Shown here piece after piece: positions 10,679 to 20,574 of a stretch of DNA of 64,000 nucleotides (position 1 is its first letter; each line of letters begins with the position of its first letter). Source of the DNA: an uncultured Clostridium sp. (GTDB lineage Bacteria; Bacillota_I; Bacilli_A; RF39; UBA660). The DNA lies in the NCBI GenBank assembly GCA_964578175.1, contig CAZOBH010000004.1, positions 1,611 through 65,610 of the forward strand, given 5' to 3'. The notes beneath the pieces were generated by a model, which was not told the origin of the DNA, did no database searches, and saw only the letters and a list, made by a program, of their open reading frames with translations. The position numbers and the translations under genes are program-made.

Positions 10679-12247
10679 ATGAAAAAATTATTAATACTTA
10701 TTATTTTTTTATGTTCTTTTTCGGTATTAAAAGTAAATGCTGAAAGTCAAAAATTGTATGATGTTTTAAAAAATTCAAGTGTATCAGATAGTGGAATAAA
10801 CTTTAATATACCATCTAGTAATATGCCGGGTGAAAGCATTAATACTAATGGAAAAGGTATATATATGATTAATGATACTAAGAACAATGAATATCCAATT
10901 ATATACTTTAGAGGGAATATAGATAATAACTTTGTTGTTTTAAATAATAATTGTTTTCAAATAATTAGAAGTACTACTAAAGGTGGATTATATTTATTGT
11001 ATGCTGGAGTATCTACTAATGGTAAATGTAGTGCTGATAAATCAACATATCATGTATTAAAAAGTAAATTTGGTAAAGCTAATGAAGAATTATATTTAGG
11101 TTATACATATCTGGAAAATGGTGAAAGACATGATTCAGTTATTAAAGAACAAGTTGATTTATGGTTTGAAAATAATTTTTCTGCATTTGAAAATCAATTA
11201 GAAGATGCTGTTTTTTGTAACGACATAGAAAAAGATGAAACTAATACTTATGTTGCAAGATATAGATTGAATACTGGAGGAACAGGTCCAAGTATTAATT
11301 GTAAGAAAGAATATAGTTATACTGTAGATAATCCTGATGGTAATGGATATTTAAAATATCCTGTAGCGTTGATAAGTGCAGATGAATTAACTTATGCTGG
11401 TGGAAAGTTAAAAACAGAAAATTCCACTGAACATGAAAATTTACCATTTATTTATACTGGTGTTTCTTATTGGGCAATGACTCCATATGTTAGTTGGAAA
11501 ATAATGTATCCAAATACTAAAGGAACTATTAATGAAAATACAATTTTATATAGTGCTGGTGTAAGACCATATTTAGCTGTTAAGAATAGTACGTTAATTA
11601 ATTCTGGAAATGGTACTGTTAATAATCCATATATATTAACAACATTTCCTTCATATGATGTAACAAGTTTAAGTGAAGAAATAACATTAGAGAATAGTAA
11701 ATATGAAGAAGGAGAACTTGTTAAATTTAAAACACAAGATAAAGAAGGATTAACTATTGATGAAATAATTATTACTGATAAGAATGGTAATAGACTTAAT
11801 TATGAATTTGATTTGCCAGATAATAACTTTAGTTTTAAAATGCCAAACAAAGATATTAATATTAAAGTAACTTATAGAGAGAAATTAGAAGATTATAATG
11901 TTTATACAGAAAATGATGAAGTAGCAATAAAAAGAGAAGTAGTAGAAAGAAATCAAAAAGTTAAATTTGCAATTGATCCAAAAATAGGTTATGAAGTTGA
12001 TACTATAACAATATTAAATAAGGATACTAATGAATTAATGGACATAGCAATTGTAAAAGAAGGAGATTATTATACATTTGAAATGCCTGCTAATGATGTT
12101 TTAATTAAAGTTAGTTTTTCAGAAATAAAGGATATTATTAACCCTGATACTGGTGTTAATACAATAAAAAGAGTTGCTATTTTTATAAATATTATTATGT
12201 TTTCATTGATTTTATTTATATTTATTAATACTAAGAGATTTATATAA
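10679..12247 (+). CDS. Secreted surface protein with two Ig-like repeats and a C-terminal NPDTG sorting-signal-like motif
   Basis: Signal peptide (MKKLLILIIFLCSFSVLKVNAES) and two ~80-aa repeats (..KVTYRE / ..KVSFSE). C-terminus is NPDTG, a hydrophobic stretch and KRFI. Start moved to the ATG after AGGTGA. Confidence 0.7.
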   Translation: MKKLLILIIFLCSFSVLKVNAESQKLYDVLKNSSVSDSGINFNIPSSNMPGESINTNGKGIYMINDTKNNEYPIIYFRGNIDNNFVVLNNNCFQIIRSTTKGGLYLLYAGVSTNGKCSADKSTYHVLKSKFGKANEELYLGYTYLENGERHDSVIKEQVDLWFENNFSAFENQLEDAVFCNDIEKDETNTYVARYRLNTGGTGPSINCKKEYSYTVDNPDGNGYLKYPVALISADELTYAGGKLKTENSTEHENLPFIYTGVSYWAMTPYVSWKIMYPNTKGTINENTILYSAGVRPYLAVKNSTLINSGNGTVNNPYILTTFPSYDVTSLSEEITLENSKYEEGELVKFKTQDKEGLTIDEIIITDKNGNRLNYEFDLPDNNFSFKMPNKDINIKVTYREKLEDYNVYTENDEVAIKREVVERNQKVKFAIDPKIGYEVDTITILNKDTNELMDIAIVKEGDYYTFEMPANDVLIKVSFSEIKDIINPDTGVNTIKRVAIFINIIMFSLILFIFINTKRFI

Positions 12248-12307
12248 TCTCTTTTTTTTAGTTATGTGTTATTTACATATATGTTTATTTTTCTTATAAT
12301 TATCTAG

Positions 12308-13183
12308 GTGATTAATGTGAAATACAAAGAAATACATTTAGGAAGCGTTTTAAGCCTATTAGGGAACGTTTTGCTTGCAATAATAAAAAGTATCGTGGGA
12401 ATAATAACTGGCTCAAACGCTATGCTTTCTGACGCTTTTAACAGCCTTTCTGATTCGTTTAATAGTATTATGTCAATTATAGGAAATAAAATAAGTTCCC
12501 AACCAAGTGATGAAGATCACCATTTAGGTCATGGTAAAGCAGAATACATATTTTCTATGATAATGAGTCTTATTATGATTTTATGCTCTATAAAACTATT
12601 ATCTAGTTCTTTTAAAGGTTTGTTTACTAATTATCAATATAGTTTTAATATCTCAATAACCATTATATGTATTATAAATATATTTATTAAATTCTTTCTT
12701 TATTTGTATACTAAAAAATTAGCTACTAAATATGATAATTTATTAATGAATTCTTTAAGTAGTGATCATAGAAACGACATATTATTAACTACACTAACTT
12801 TAATATCTAGTATTTTTGCTTTATTTAATGTTTTTGTAATAGATTCTATAGTAGGTCTAATTATATCATTTATTATATTTATAACTGGATATTCTATATT
12901 TAAAGAAGCATATGATGTATTAATGGATAAAAGAATAGATGATGAAAGTATTAAAGAAATTATTAAAATAGTTAATTCTAATAAAGATATAATTAAATAT
13001 CAACATTTAAATACAACTCCAGTTGGTAATTTATTTCAAGTATCTATTACAATATTTGTAGATGGGAAACTATCTACGTTTAAATCTCATGAAATAGCTG
13101 ATAAATTAGAAAACCAAATAACTAGTTTACCAAAAATTTACTTAACAATTGTACATGTTAATCCAATTGAAGTTAAAAAGTAG
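12308..13183 (+). CDS. Cation diffusion facilitator (CDF) family metal efflux transporter
   Basis: 291 aa, six TM segments, with DAFNSLSDS and HHLGHGKAEY motifs and a C-terminal cytoplasmic domain. Start may instead be the GTG at 12317. Confidence 0.85.
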   Translation: MINVKYKEIHLGSVLSLLGNVLLAIIKSIVGIITGSNAMLSDAFNSLSDSFNSIMSIIGNKISSQPSDEDHHLGHGKAEYIFSMIMSLIMILCSIKLLSSSFKGLFTNYQYSFNISITIICIINIFIKFFLYLYTKKLATKYDNLLMNSLSSDHRNDILLTTLTLISSIFALFNVFVIDSIVGLIISFIIFITGYSIFKEAYDVLMDKRIDDESIKEIIKIVNSNKDIIKYQHLNTTPVGNLFQVSITIFVDGKLSTFKSHEIADKLENQITSLPKIYLTIVHVNPIEVKK

Positions 13184-13222
13184 AAAAAGTGTGTTATATT
13201 TATAATAGAAGGAGTGTTGATT

Positions 13223-13555
13223 ATGCCAAATAGAAAGAAAAATTATTATGATATGACAAAAGACCAAAGAAAAAAAGAACAAGCAAAGTTTAATAAAACT
13301 CATTTTGGAAAAGATATAAGAAATGAGATTACAGTTTCTTTAGTTATTCTTGTTACTTGCTTTTTCGGATTAGGATTTATAAGTGGATTTTATGGTAGTT
13401 TAAGTGAAATAGCTAAAACTGATTTTGCTTTTGTTTCAGATATTATTATTGCAATAATTGTTGTTGAATTAGCTTGGGCTGTAGTTAATTATATTATTTA
13501 CTATATTAACTTTATTAACTGGTTAGATGTTAAAGATAATGATTATACATTATAA
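13223..13555 (+). CDS. Small two-TM membrane protein, unknown function
   Basis: ATG 8 nt after GAAGGAG. Basic N-terminus followed by two hydrophobic helices. No recognisable family. Confidence 0.5.
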   Translation: MPNRKKNYYDMTKDQRKKEQAKFNKTHFGKDIRNEITVSLVILVTCFFGLGFISGFYGSLSEIAKTDFAFVSDIIIAIIVVELAWAVVNYIIYYINFINWLDVKDNDYTL

Positions 13556-13583
13556 AAGAATAGACAAATGTCTATTCTTTTTT
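13554..13583. terminator. Bidirectional terminator between convergent genes
   Basis: AAAAGAATAGAC-AAAT-GTCTATTCTTTT perfect hairpin flanked by A and T runs. Confidence 0.65.
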
Positions 13584-15942
13584 AGTCATATAAAGTTTCT
13601 TCTATTTTAATATTTTTATCTATTTTATTAAATAATTTACTAAATAGATAATTTAATACTCTATATATATAGATAGAATCTAACGCTAATACAAATGTAA
13701 TCAATAGAGTAGTGTAATTAATACTTGTTAAGCTAAAGAAATCAGGAAGTGATAAGATACAAGTCATAAATCCAAATAACATACCAAAGAATACAATTCC
13801 TCTTAATTTAGTAAATGGAGTACATATCTTATATAAGTAGATAAGTCCTGTAATAGTTGTTATATATACACTGATAGTACTTTGTATTTCATATGATAAA
13901 TTAAATAGATTTGAAAATGCTGTAACAAGAATTATATTAAATAATACAGTAAGTGAAGTAGGTAATGCTTTTGCAAGTATCTTTAATAAGAAATTACCTT
14001 TAACTAATTCATCATTGCTTTCAAGAGCAAGAATAAATGATGGGGTACCTATAGTAAATGTTGTTATAAAAGTTAATTGAATAGGTATAAAGAAATACTT
14101 TTGAGGTACTATAGTACTAAATAATATTAATAATATCGTATATATTGTTTTAACTAATAGAAGGGATGCACTTCTTTCTACATTATTAATTGTTTGTCTT
14201 CCTTCCTTAACAATATTAGGTATTGAATTAAAATCATCATTTAATAATATTAATTGAGATACATTTCTTGCAGCATCAGTTCCACTTTTAATAGTAATAG
14301 CGCAATCAGACTCTTTTAGAGCTAATACATCATTAACTCCATCACCAGTCATAGCAACAGTATGACCTTTTCTTTTTAAATAAGATACAATCCATTTTTT
14401 TTGTACTGGATTAACTCTACCAAAAATTTGATATTTATCAATAACTTGTTCTAATTCTTCTTGACTCATATCTGTTGTATTTATTCCTTCAGCATCATTT
14501 AATCCAACTTTTTTAGCTATTTTAGTAACTGTTTGAGCATTATCTCCAGATATTATCTTAACTTGTACATCATACTTTTTAAAATAAGCAAGAGTTTCTT
14601 TAGCAGATGGTCTAATTACATCTTCTAATAATGCATAACCAAGAATATCTATACCTTTTAAGTCGTGAGATAGTTTACCTTTTCTTTTACCGATTGCAAC
14701 AACTCTATAATCTTCCAAATATTTTTCTATATCTTTTTTAGTACTTTCTCCACCAATAACTTCTGGAGCACCTAAATATAGTGAATAATCATCTATTTCA
14801 ACAGCAGAATATTTTCTATCAGATGAGAATGGAATAGCGTTTGTTGCGTCCTTTTTACCTGATTTAAAATATTTTTTTAATGCCATCATAGTAGGATTAT
14901 TATCTTGGCTTAAAGAACTAAATAATGATAAATAATTATTAAGATCAACACTCTTAACTTTAACTTTAGGTACAGTCTTTATAACTTCCATCTTACCTTC
15001 AGTAATAGTTCCTGTTTTATCTAAGCATATAACATCAACTCTAGCTAATGTTTCTATTGCGTATAATTGTTGAACTAAGACATTAACTCTATATAGTTTA
15101 ATTACTCCTACTGCCATAACAGAAGATGTTAATAAAATAAGTCCTTCAGGTATCATACCAATTAAAGCAGCAACAGTTGTAAATATACTTTCAGATACAT
15201 TATCAGTAATAGTATATTGACTTATAAAGAAAATAATACCAATCGGAATAATAAGTGCTGATAATACTTTTAATAATTTAGTAAATGAACCCATAATTAA
15301 TGATTCTACAGGTTTATCATATTTTGCTTCTTTAGTTATTCTAACAGCGTAGTTATCATCACCTATATGTACAACTTTAGCTATAGCGTTACCTGATACT
15401 ATAAATGAACCAGAAAGAAGTGTATCACCTTTTTTCTTTTGAATTATATCTGGTTCACCTGTAATTAAAGCTTCATTAACTTCTAAATTTCCTTCTAATA
15501 TTTCAGAATCTACTATTACTTGATGACCTGGAGAAAGTTTAATTATGTCATCTAATACAATTTCATTATCTTCAAGTTCTATATCTTTCCCATCTCTAAT
15601 AGTTGTTACTTTAACTTCTTGTAAAATCGATAATTTATCAGTAATTCTTTTAGATATAATTTCTTCAACTATACTAATTAATGAGTTAGTAATAATAACT
15701 CCCATAAATAAACAGTTTTTTAAACTGTTAAATAAATCTCCATTTAAAAGTCCTGCAGCAAATACAGCTATCCCTAAAGCTAAGTTAAGAAAATTAAAAT
15801 AATTAAATATATTATCTGAAAGAATTTTATTAATAGATTTAGTCTTAGGCATATTATTAGTATTTTTTAAACCTTTTTCTATTCTATCTTTTACTTGTTT
15901 TTCACTTAGTCCTTTTATATATTCCTTTTCCATACGCATCAC
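13582..15942 (-). CDS. Cation-transporting P-type ATPase (P2-like, Ca2+/Mg2+-type candidate)
   Basis: 786 aa with DKTGTITEG phosphorylation motif, PEGL, SGDN and MTGDGVNDVLALKESD. About 10 TM segments. Exact start ambiguous (GTG 15942, ATG 15939 or ATG 15933). Confidence 0.9.
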   Translation of the reverse strand: MMRMEKEYIKGLSEKQVKDRIEKGLKNTNNMPKTKSINKILSDNIFNYFNFLNLALGIAVFAAGLLNGDLFNSLKNCLFMGVIITNSLISIVEEIISKRITDKLSILQEVKVTTIRDGKDIELEDNEIVLDDIIKLSPGHQVIVDSEILEGNLEVNEALITGEPDIIQKKKGDTLLSGSFIVSGNAIAKVVHIGDDNYAVRITKEAKYDKPVESLIMGSFTKLLKVLSALIIPIGIIFFISQYTITDNVSESIFTTVAALIGMIPEGLILLTSSVMAVGVIKLYRVNVLVQQLYAIETLARVDVICLDKTGTITEGKMEVIKTVPKVKVKSVDLNNYLSLFSSLSQDNNPTMMALKKYFKSGKKDATNAIPFSSDRKYSAVEIDDYSLYLGAPEVIGGESTKKDIEKYLEDYRVVAIGKRKGKLSHDLKGIDILGYALLEDVIRPSAKETLAYFKKYDVQVKIISGDNAQTVTKIAKKVGLNDAEGINTTDMSQEELEQVIDKYQIFGRVNPVQKKWIVSYLKRKGHTVAMTGDGVNDVLALKESDCAITIKSGTDAARNVSQLILLNDDFNSIPNIVKEGRQTINNVERSASLLLVKTIYTILLILFSTIVPQKYFFIPIQLTFITTFTIGTPSFILALESNDELVKGNFLLKILAKALPTSLTVLFNIILVTAFSNLFNLSYEIQSTISVYITTITGLIYLYKICTPFTKLRGIVFFGMLFGFMTCILSLPDFFSLTSINYTTLLITFVLALDSIYIYRVLNYLFSKLFNKIDKNIKIEETLYD

Positions 15943-16025
15943 TATTATATATTATATCAAAGATATTTCTTTATAATTCAAAAAAGTTATATTTTAATGT
16001 AATATTTTACTTTATTATATTATTA

Positions 16026-16058
16026 GTAAAAAAACTGATTAAGTTAATTCTTAATCAG
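16026..16058 (-). terminator. Terminator after cobB (minus strand)
   Basis: CTGATTAAG-loop-CTTAATCAG hairpin followed by a T-run on the minus strand. Confidence 0.6.
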
Positions 16059-16061
16059 TTT

Positions 16062-16781
16062 CTATATGTATTTTTCTATTTCACTAAATACTTCTCCAAT
16101 ACTATCATGTATTACTAGATCACACATATAGTCATATGGAGTTTCATCTCTATTTATTAAAACTAAGTGTTTACCATGAAAATATCTTATAAATCCAGCA
16201 GCTGGATATACGTTTAAACTTGTACCACCTATTATTAATAGTTCAGCATTTGATATTTCGTTAATTGCGTCTATTATATTTTCTTCATTAAGTTGTTCTT
16301 CATATAAAACAACATCAGGTTTTATAATTCCACCACAACTACATTTAGGTATTTCTTCACTATTAAATACATATTCAGCATCATATGATTTATGACATTT
16401 AGTGCAATAGTTTCTCATAATAGACCCATGTAATTCTATTACTTTTTTAGATCCATCATGAAATCCATCTATATTTTGAGTAATTATTGCAGATAATAAA
16501 TCTTTTTCTTCCATTTCTTTTAATACTTTATGAGTAATATTTGGTTTATATTTTAAAGAATTCATTTTATCTTTGTAAAATCTATAAAACTCTTCTGTAT
16601 TATTGTTAAAAAATGTTAATGATAATATTTCTTCAGGAGGATAGTCATATTTTTCATTATAAAGACCATCTTTACTCCTAAAATCTTTTAATCCACTTTC
16701 AGTAGATACTCCAGCTCCTCCAAAAAAGACGGTATGTTTTGATTCTTTAATCCAATCAATTAAATCTTTATACTTGTTCAT
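16062..16781 (-). CDS. cobB: NAD-dependent protein deacylase, Sir2 family
   Basis: 239 aa with GAGVSTESGLKDFRS, TQNIDGFH and a Zn ribbon (CTKC...CSCGG). Canonical small sirtuin. Confidence 0.88.
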   Translation of the reverse strand: MNKYKDLIDWIKESKHTVFFGGAGVSTESGLKDFRSKDGLYNEKYDYPPEEILSLTFFNNNTEEFYRFYKDKMNSLKYKPNITHKVLKEMEEKDLLSAIITQNIDGFHDGSKKVIELHGSIMRNYCTKCHKSYDAEYVFNSEEIPKCSCGGIIKPDVVLYEEQLNEENIIDAINEISNAELLIIGGTSLNVYPAAGFIRYFHGKHLVLINRDETPYDYMCDLVIHDSIGEVFSEIEKYI

Positions 16782-18444
16782 TTCTTTTAATATCTAATAT
16801 TACTGGTAATACAATAGGTCTTCTTCCAGTTAATTCATAAATATATGGGAATAAATCAGACACTATTTGACTCTTAATAATATTAAAATTAGCACTTTTA
16901 TCTTTTAATTTAGAATTAATTGATTTAGCAGCAGTATCTTCTATTTTATGAATTATTTCTTCATTTTCATTTATAAGTATAAATCCTCTAGTAGTAATAT
17001 TAGGTTTTATTAATAATTCTCTTTTTTTCATATCCACATTTGCAATAACTACGACGATTCCATCACTTGCCATAATTTTTCTATCTCTTAAAACAGCACT
17101 ATTTACTTCACCTAAATTATTACCGTCAACATATGTGTCATTATTAGGCACATTTTGTCCTTTAGTTATTACATGATCCTTTAATATTAAAGTATCTCCA
17201 TTTCTAAGAATAAATGTATTTTCTTTTGGTATACCACATTCTTCTCCAACTGCTGCATGTTTTTTAAGCATTCTATAATCTCCATGGAATGGCATTAAGT
17301 ATTTTGGTTTTATAAGTCTAATCATTAATTTAATTTCTTCTTCATTACCATGCCCTGAAGAGTGAATATTAGCAGTAGAGTTATTAGTAAATACTTTAAC
17401 TCCTTGTAAATATAATTTATTTATAGTATTACCAATTGCTGATGCATTGCCAGGTATAGCAGATGATGAAAATACTACTATATCATCTGGTCTTAATTTT
17501 ATTTGTTTATGAGTACCATTTGCTATTCTAGATAAAGCAGCAAGTGGTTCTCCTTGAGTACCTGTACAAAGTATAGCTACATCTTGTGGTTTTAATCTAT
17601 TTGCTTCATCAGCTGTAACAAATATTTCTCCATGATCTATATATCCACCTTTTAAAGATATTTGTAGATTATTTTCCATACTTCTACCAAATGTACATAT
17701 TTTTCTATTATGTTTAAAGCAAGTTTCAACTATATGTTTTAAACGATATATATTTGATGCAAAAGTTGCTATTATAATTCTTCTATTAGGGTATTTATCA
17801 AATATATCATTTAAAGCATCGTCTACTTTAGCTTCACTTAAACTAACGCCTTCACTAAGTACATTTGTTGATTCACCAATTAATAAATCAACTCCTGCTT
17901 CACCAATTCTAGCCATTTTATGTATATCAGCTACAGGTCCTATTGGTGTTAAATCAAATTTATAATCTCCAGTAGTAACAATATTACCATCTGGTGTTTT
18001 TATTAATATTCCATGAGAATCTGGAACAGAGTGTGTAACTCTAAAAAATTCTACTTGTATATTTTTAAATTTTATAATGGTATTTTCGTCATAGGTGATT
18101 AAATTGTCATATCTAATATTTCTATCTTCTAATTTTAATGATATTAATTCTTTTGCTTGATTAGGAGCATAAATAGTAGGTATATTCACGTTTTGTACAA
18201 GATATGGAATACCACCTATATGGTCTTCATGCCCATGAGTAATAATCAATGCTTTTATTTTATCTTCATTTTCCTTTAAAAAAGTATAATCTGGTAAGAT
18301 ATAATCGATTCCAAAAAGTCCCCATTCTGGAAATTCAATTCCCGAGTCAATAATAACAATTTCATCTCCATGCATTACACAATACATGTTTTTTCCTATA
18401 GATCCCAAACCACCTAAAACTATAATTTTAGTCTCTTGGTTCAT
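16768..18444 (-). CDS. rnj: Ribonuclease J
   Basis: 558 aa, beta-CASP metallo-beta-lactamase with GGLGSIGKNMY and HGHEDHIGG motifs. Collinear with Bacillus RnjA. Confidence 0.92.
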   Translation of the reverse strand: MNQETKIIVLGGLGSIGKNMYCVMHGDEIVIIDSGIEFPEWGLFGIDYILPDYTFLKENEDKIKALIITHGHEDHIGGIPYLVQNVNIPTIYAPNQAKELISLKLEDRNIRYDNLITYDENTIIKFKNIQVEFFRVTHSVPDSHGILIKTPDGNIVTTGDYKFDLTPIGPVADIHKMARIGEAGVDLLIGESTNVLSEGVSLSEAKVDDALNDIFDKYPNRRIIIATFASNIYRLKHIVETCFKHNRKICTFGRSMENNLQISLKGGYIDHGEIFVTADEANRLKPQDVAILCTGTQGEPLAALSRIANGTHKQIKLRPDDIVVFSSSAIPGNASAIGNTINKLYLQGVKVFTNNSTANIHSSGHGNEEEIKLMIRLIKPKYLMPFHGDYRMLKKHAAVGEECGIPKENTFILRNGDTLILKDHVITKGQNVPNNDTYVDGNNLGEVNSAVLRDRKIMASDGIVVVIANVDMKKRELLIKPNITTRGFILINENEEIIHKIEDTAAKSINSKLKDKSANFNIIKSQIVSDLFPYIYELTGRRPIVLPVILDIKRNEQV

Positions 18445-18515
18445 AAAAACTCCTTTCTTTTTCTAATAGTAAGAACTATAACGTATAAATTATATTATGA
18501 AAACTAATATTTGTC

Positions 18516-18543
18516 AAAAATAAAAGACTTCGAAAAGTCTTTA
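18516..18543 (-). terminator. Terminator of the autolysin/LCP operon (minus strand)
   Basis: AAAGACTT-TTCG-AAGTCTTT hairpin followed by T-rich sequence on the minus strand. Confidence 0.55.
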
Positions 18544-18547
18544 TATT

Positions 18548-20572
18548 TTATGGTGTTTCACCAGTACTTGGTTTATTATTATTATTTCCTGATCCATTTT
18601 CATTAGAACCAGTATTTTCTCCAGTATTGGATGAACCTGATCCTTCTTCATTTGTACTTTCCTCAGTACTTGAAGTAGTTGGTTTACTAATTGTTTGTTG
18701 TTTTGCAACTGTTATAGTTAAAGTTATATTCTTAGGAGAACATAAATCAACTCTCTTCTTTCTATGATAACTTTGATTAGTAATTATTCCAACTCCAGAT
18801 GTAACTTTCTTTTCATTCCATGTAATAGTAAATCCATTATTGCTAGCCCAATTCTCAGCTCTACTTCTAGTATAAGTTGTAAAATCAGGTATTAATGTAT
18901 AAAGTTCAGTAGGTCCACTTGGTTTTTTACCAATTATTTCTTCATCATATTCATCTTCTATAGAATAACTAAATTTCTTAGTTTTTTCTTCGGATTTTAG
19001 ACCTAAATTTACTTTCATAGCATTAACTATAGCTGTTTTACTGTATTGATTAGGAATATATTCATATAATTCTAAACCACTACGTTCATCATATATTATT
19101 TGATCACTTCCAGCTAAATATAATTTTTGAATAGATACAAGTTCTGAATCTTTGTCTTTAGCAGAAGTCATTATATCTTTTACTACGTTATAGAATGATA
19201 ATATTGTATCTTTTTTCATATTAGTATCCAAGTTATTACTTATAGCGTCTAAGATTTTATAAACTTTAGATATATTATCTAAATTTTTAGCTTTATTTAT
19301 AATTGCTTTAATAACAAGTTGTTGATTTTGACCTCTTACAAAGTCATTTCTCGTTCCTTTTGCATATGCAGAACCACACTTTTTAGCATTATTCTTTCTA
19401 TTACGAGCAAGAGCTAATGCTTGTTCTCCATTTAAATGTTGTTTTCCTTTTTTTACATAAATAGTATTTTTACCCCATTTTCTTTTACTATTTTGTTCAC
19501 AGAAAGCATAAGGAACATCTACATCAATTCCACCTAAAGAATTAACAAGATCAACTAGTCCAGTAAAATTAATCTTGGCATAATAATCAATTTTTATACC
19601 AGTAAAATCTTGAACTGTTTTTATAACACAACTTGTTCCTCGAGAAGCAGCATGAGTTATTTTATTTTCTGGTTTACCAGAAAAACATGAAATAGGTACA
19701 TAACTATCCCTTGGAATACTTAACATAGTTACATTTAAGGTCTTAGGATTAAATGTAATTAACATAATTGAGTCACCATTAAAAGAATTAGCGTTTTTTA
19801 TTCCATTTGCTGTTGAATCAACTCCCATTAGTAGTACAGTAAATGGTTCAGTTATATCTTTAGAAGAACCCAATAGTTTATCTTCATCATTTTTCTTTTC
19901 ATCTTTAGTCTTTTGAATTATAATTTTAGTTTTTTCACCAATATCTTCATATCCATCCATTGATTCATATATACTTACATAATTGGCTGGCAAGAAGATA
20001 TAATCTACTTTTTTATTATATAAATCTCTTATCTCAGTAATATAATCTTCATAAGTAACTAATTCATTTTTTGATTTTAGTTTATATTCATCAACTATTT
20101 CCATTGGTAATACATATGACTCTGTATCATCTGATTCACTACCAATACCAATTTTAGCTTTATTAATTTCATCTACTTTAGTAACAGTATTAGATTTTAG
20201 TGTAACTAAAGCAGTACTGTTAGTTACTTCATTTTTATTCATATTAGATATAATTCCAACAGTTCTATTAATGTTATATCCTATAAAAATATAAATAGAT
20301 ATTAATATTACCAGAAATACTCTTTTAATCCATTTTCTTACTATTTTCTTCCTATTACCTCTAAATAGATTAATTATCATTATTAAATCTAATAATGAAA
20401 CCAGTCCAATAATTATATATCTAATTAGATTTTCTATATTATTTAATTGCAATAAACTATATATAAAATATGCACTTGCAATACAAGTTAAGATAATAAA
20501 GAAGAGATCGGTAACTAAAGTGGACTTTTGTTTTTTCTTTTTAAGTTCTCTTTCTTGTTCTCTAGATCTCAT
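18548..20572 (-). CDS. LytR-CpsA-Psr (LCP) family cell-wall glycopolymer ligase with a PASTA-like C-terminal domain and low-complexity tail
   Basis: 674 aa. Basic N-terminus and about 3 TM segments, then an LCP core (LLMGVDS, SIPRDSYV, LVNSLGGIDVDVP). Next come a PASTA-like segment and an S/T/G/N/E-rich tail. GGAGG RBS lies inside the upstream gene's end. Confidence 0.85.
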   Translation of the reverse strand: MRSREQERELKKKKQKSTLVTDLFFIILTCIASAYFIYSLLQLNNIENLIRYIIIGLVSLLDLIMIINLFRGNRKKIVRKWIKRVFLVILISIYIFIGYNINRTVGIISNMNKNEVTNSTALVTLKSNTVTKVDEINKAKIGIGSESDDTESYVLPMEIVDEYKLKSKNELVTYEDYITEIRDLYNKKVDYIFLPANYVSIYESMDGYEDIGEKTKIIIQKTKDEKKNDEDKLLGSSKDITEPFTVLLMGVDSTANGIKNANSFNGDSIMLITFNPKTLNVTMLSIPRDSYVPISCFSGKPENKITHAASRGTSCVIKTVQDFTGIKIDYYAKINFTGLVDLVNSLGGIDVDVPYAFCEQNSKRKWGKNTIYVKKGKQHLNGEQALALARNRKNNAKKCGSAYAKGTRNDFVRGQNQQLVIKAIINKAKNLDNISKVYKILDAISNNLDTNMKKDTILSFYNVVKDIMTSAKDKDSELVSIQKLYLAGSDQIIYDERSGLELYEYIPNQYSKTAIVNAMKVNLGLKSEEKTKKFSYSIEDEYDEEIIGKKPSGPTELYTLIPDFTTYTRSRAENWASNNGFTITWNEKKVTSGVGIITNQSYHRKKRVDLCSPKNITLTITVAKQQTISKPTTSSTEESTNEEGSGSSNTGENTGSNENGSGNNNNKPSTGETP

Positions 20573-20574
20573 AT

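Noticed and set aside
10218-13555. Genomic island integrated at the 3' end of ssrA (also considered for the three tRNA genes)
   Set aside because: No integrase or recombinase, no duplicated copy of the tmRNA or tRNA 3' end that I could find by eye, and no visible compositional break. Downstream genes have ordinary terminators and promoters.
16062-16781. Sir2-domain protein as a possible anti-phage (Thoeris/DSR-like) effector
   Set aside because: It is a compact 239-aa sirtuin with the full Zn ribbon and the GAGVSTESG and TQNIDGFH motifs of CobB-type deacylases. It overlaps the housekeeping rnj gene. There are no TIR, SLOG, helicase or other defence partners.
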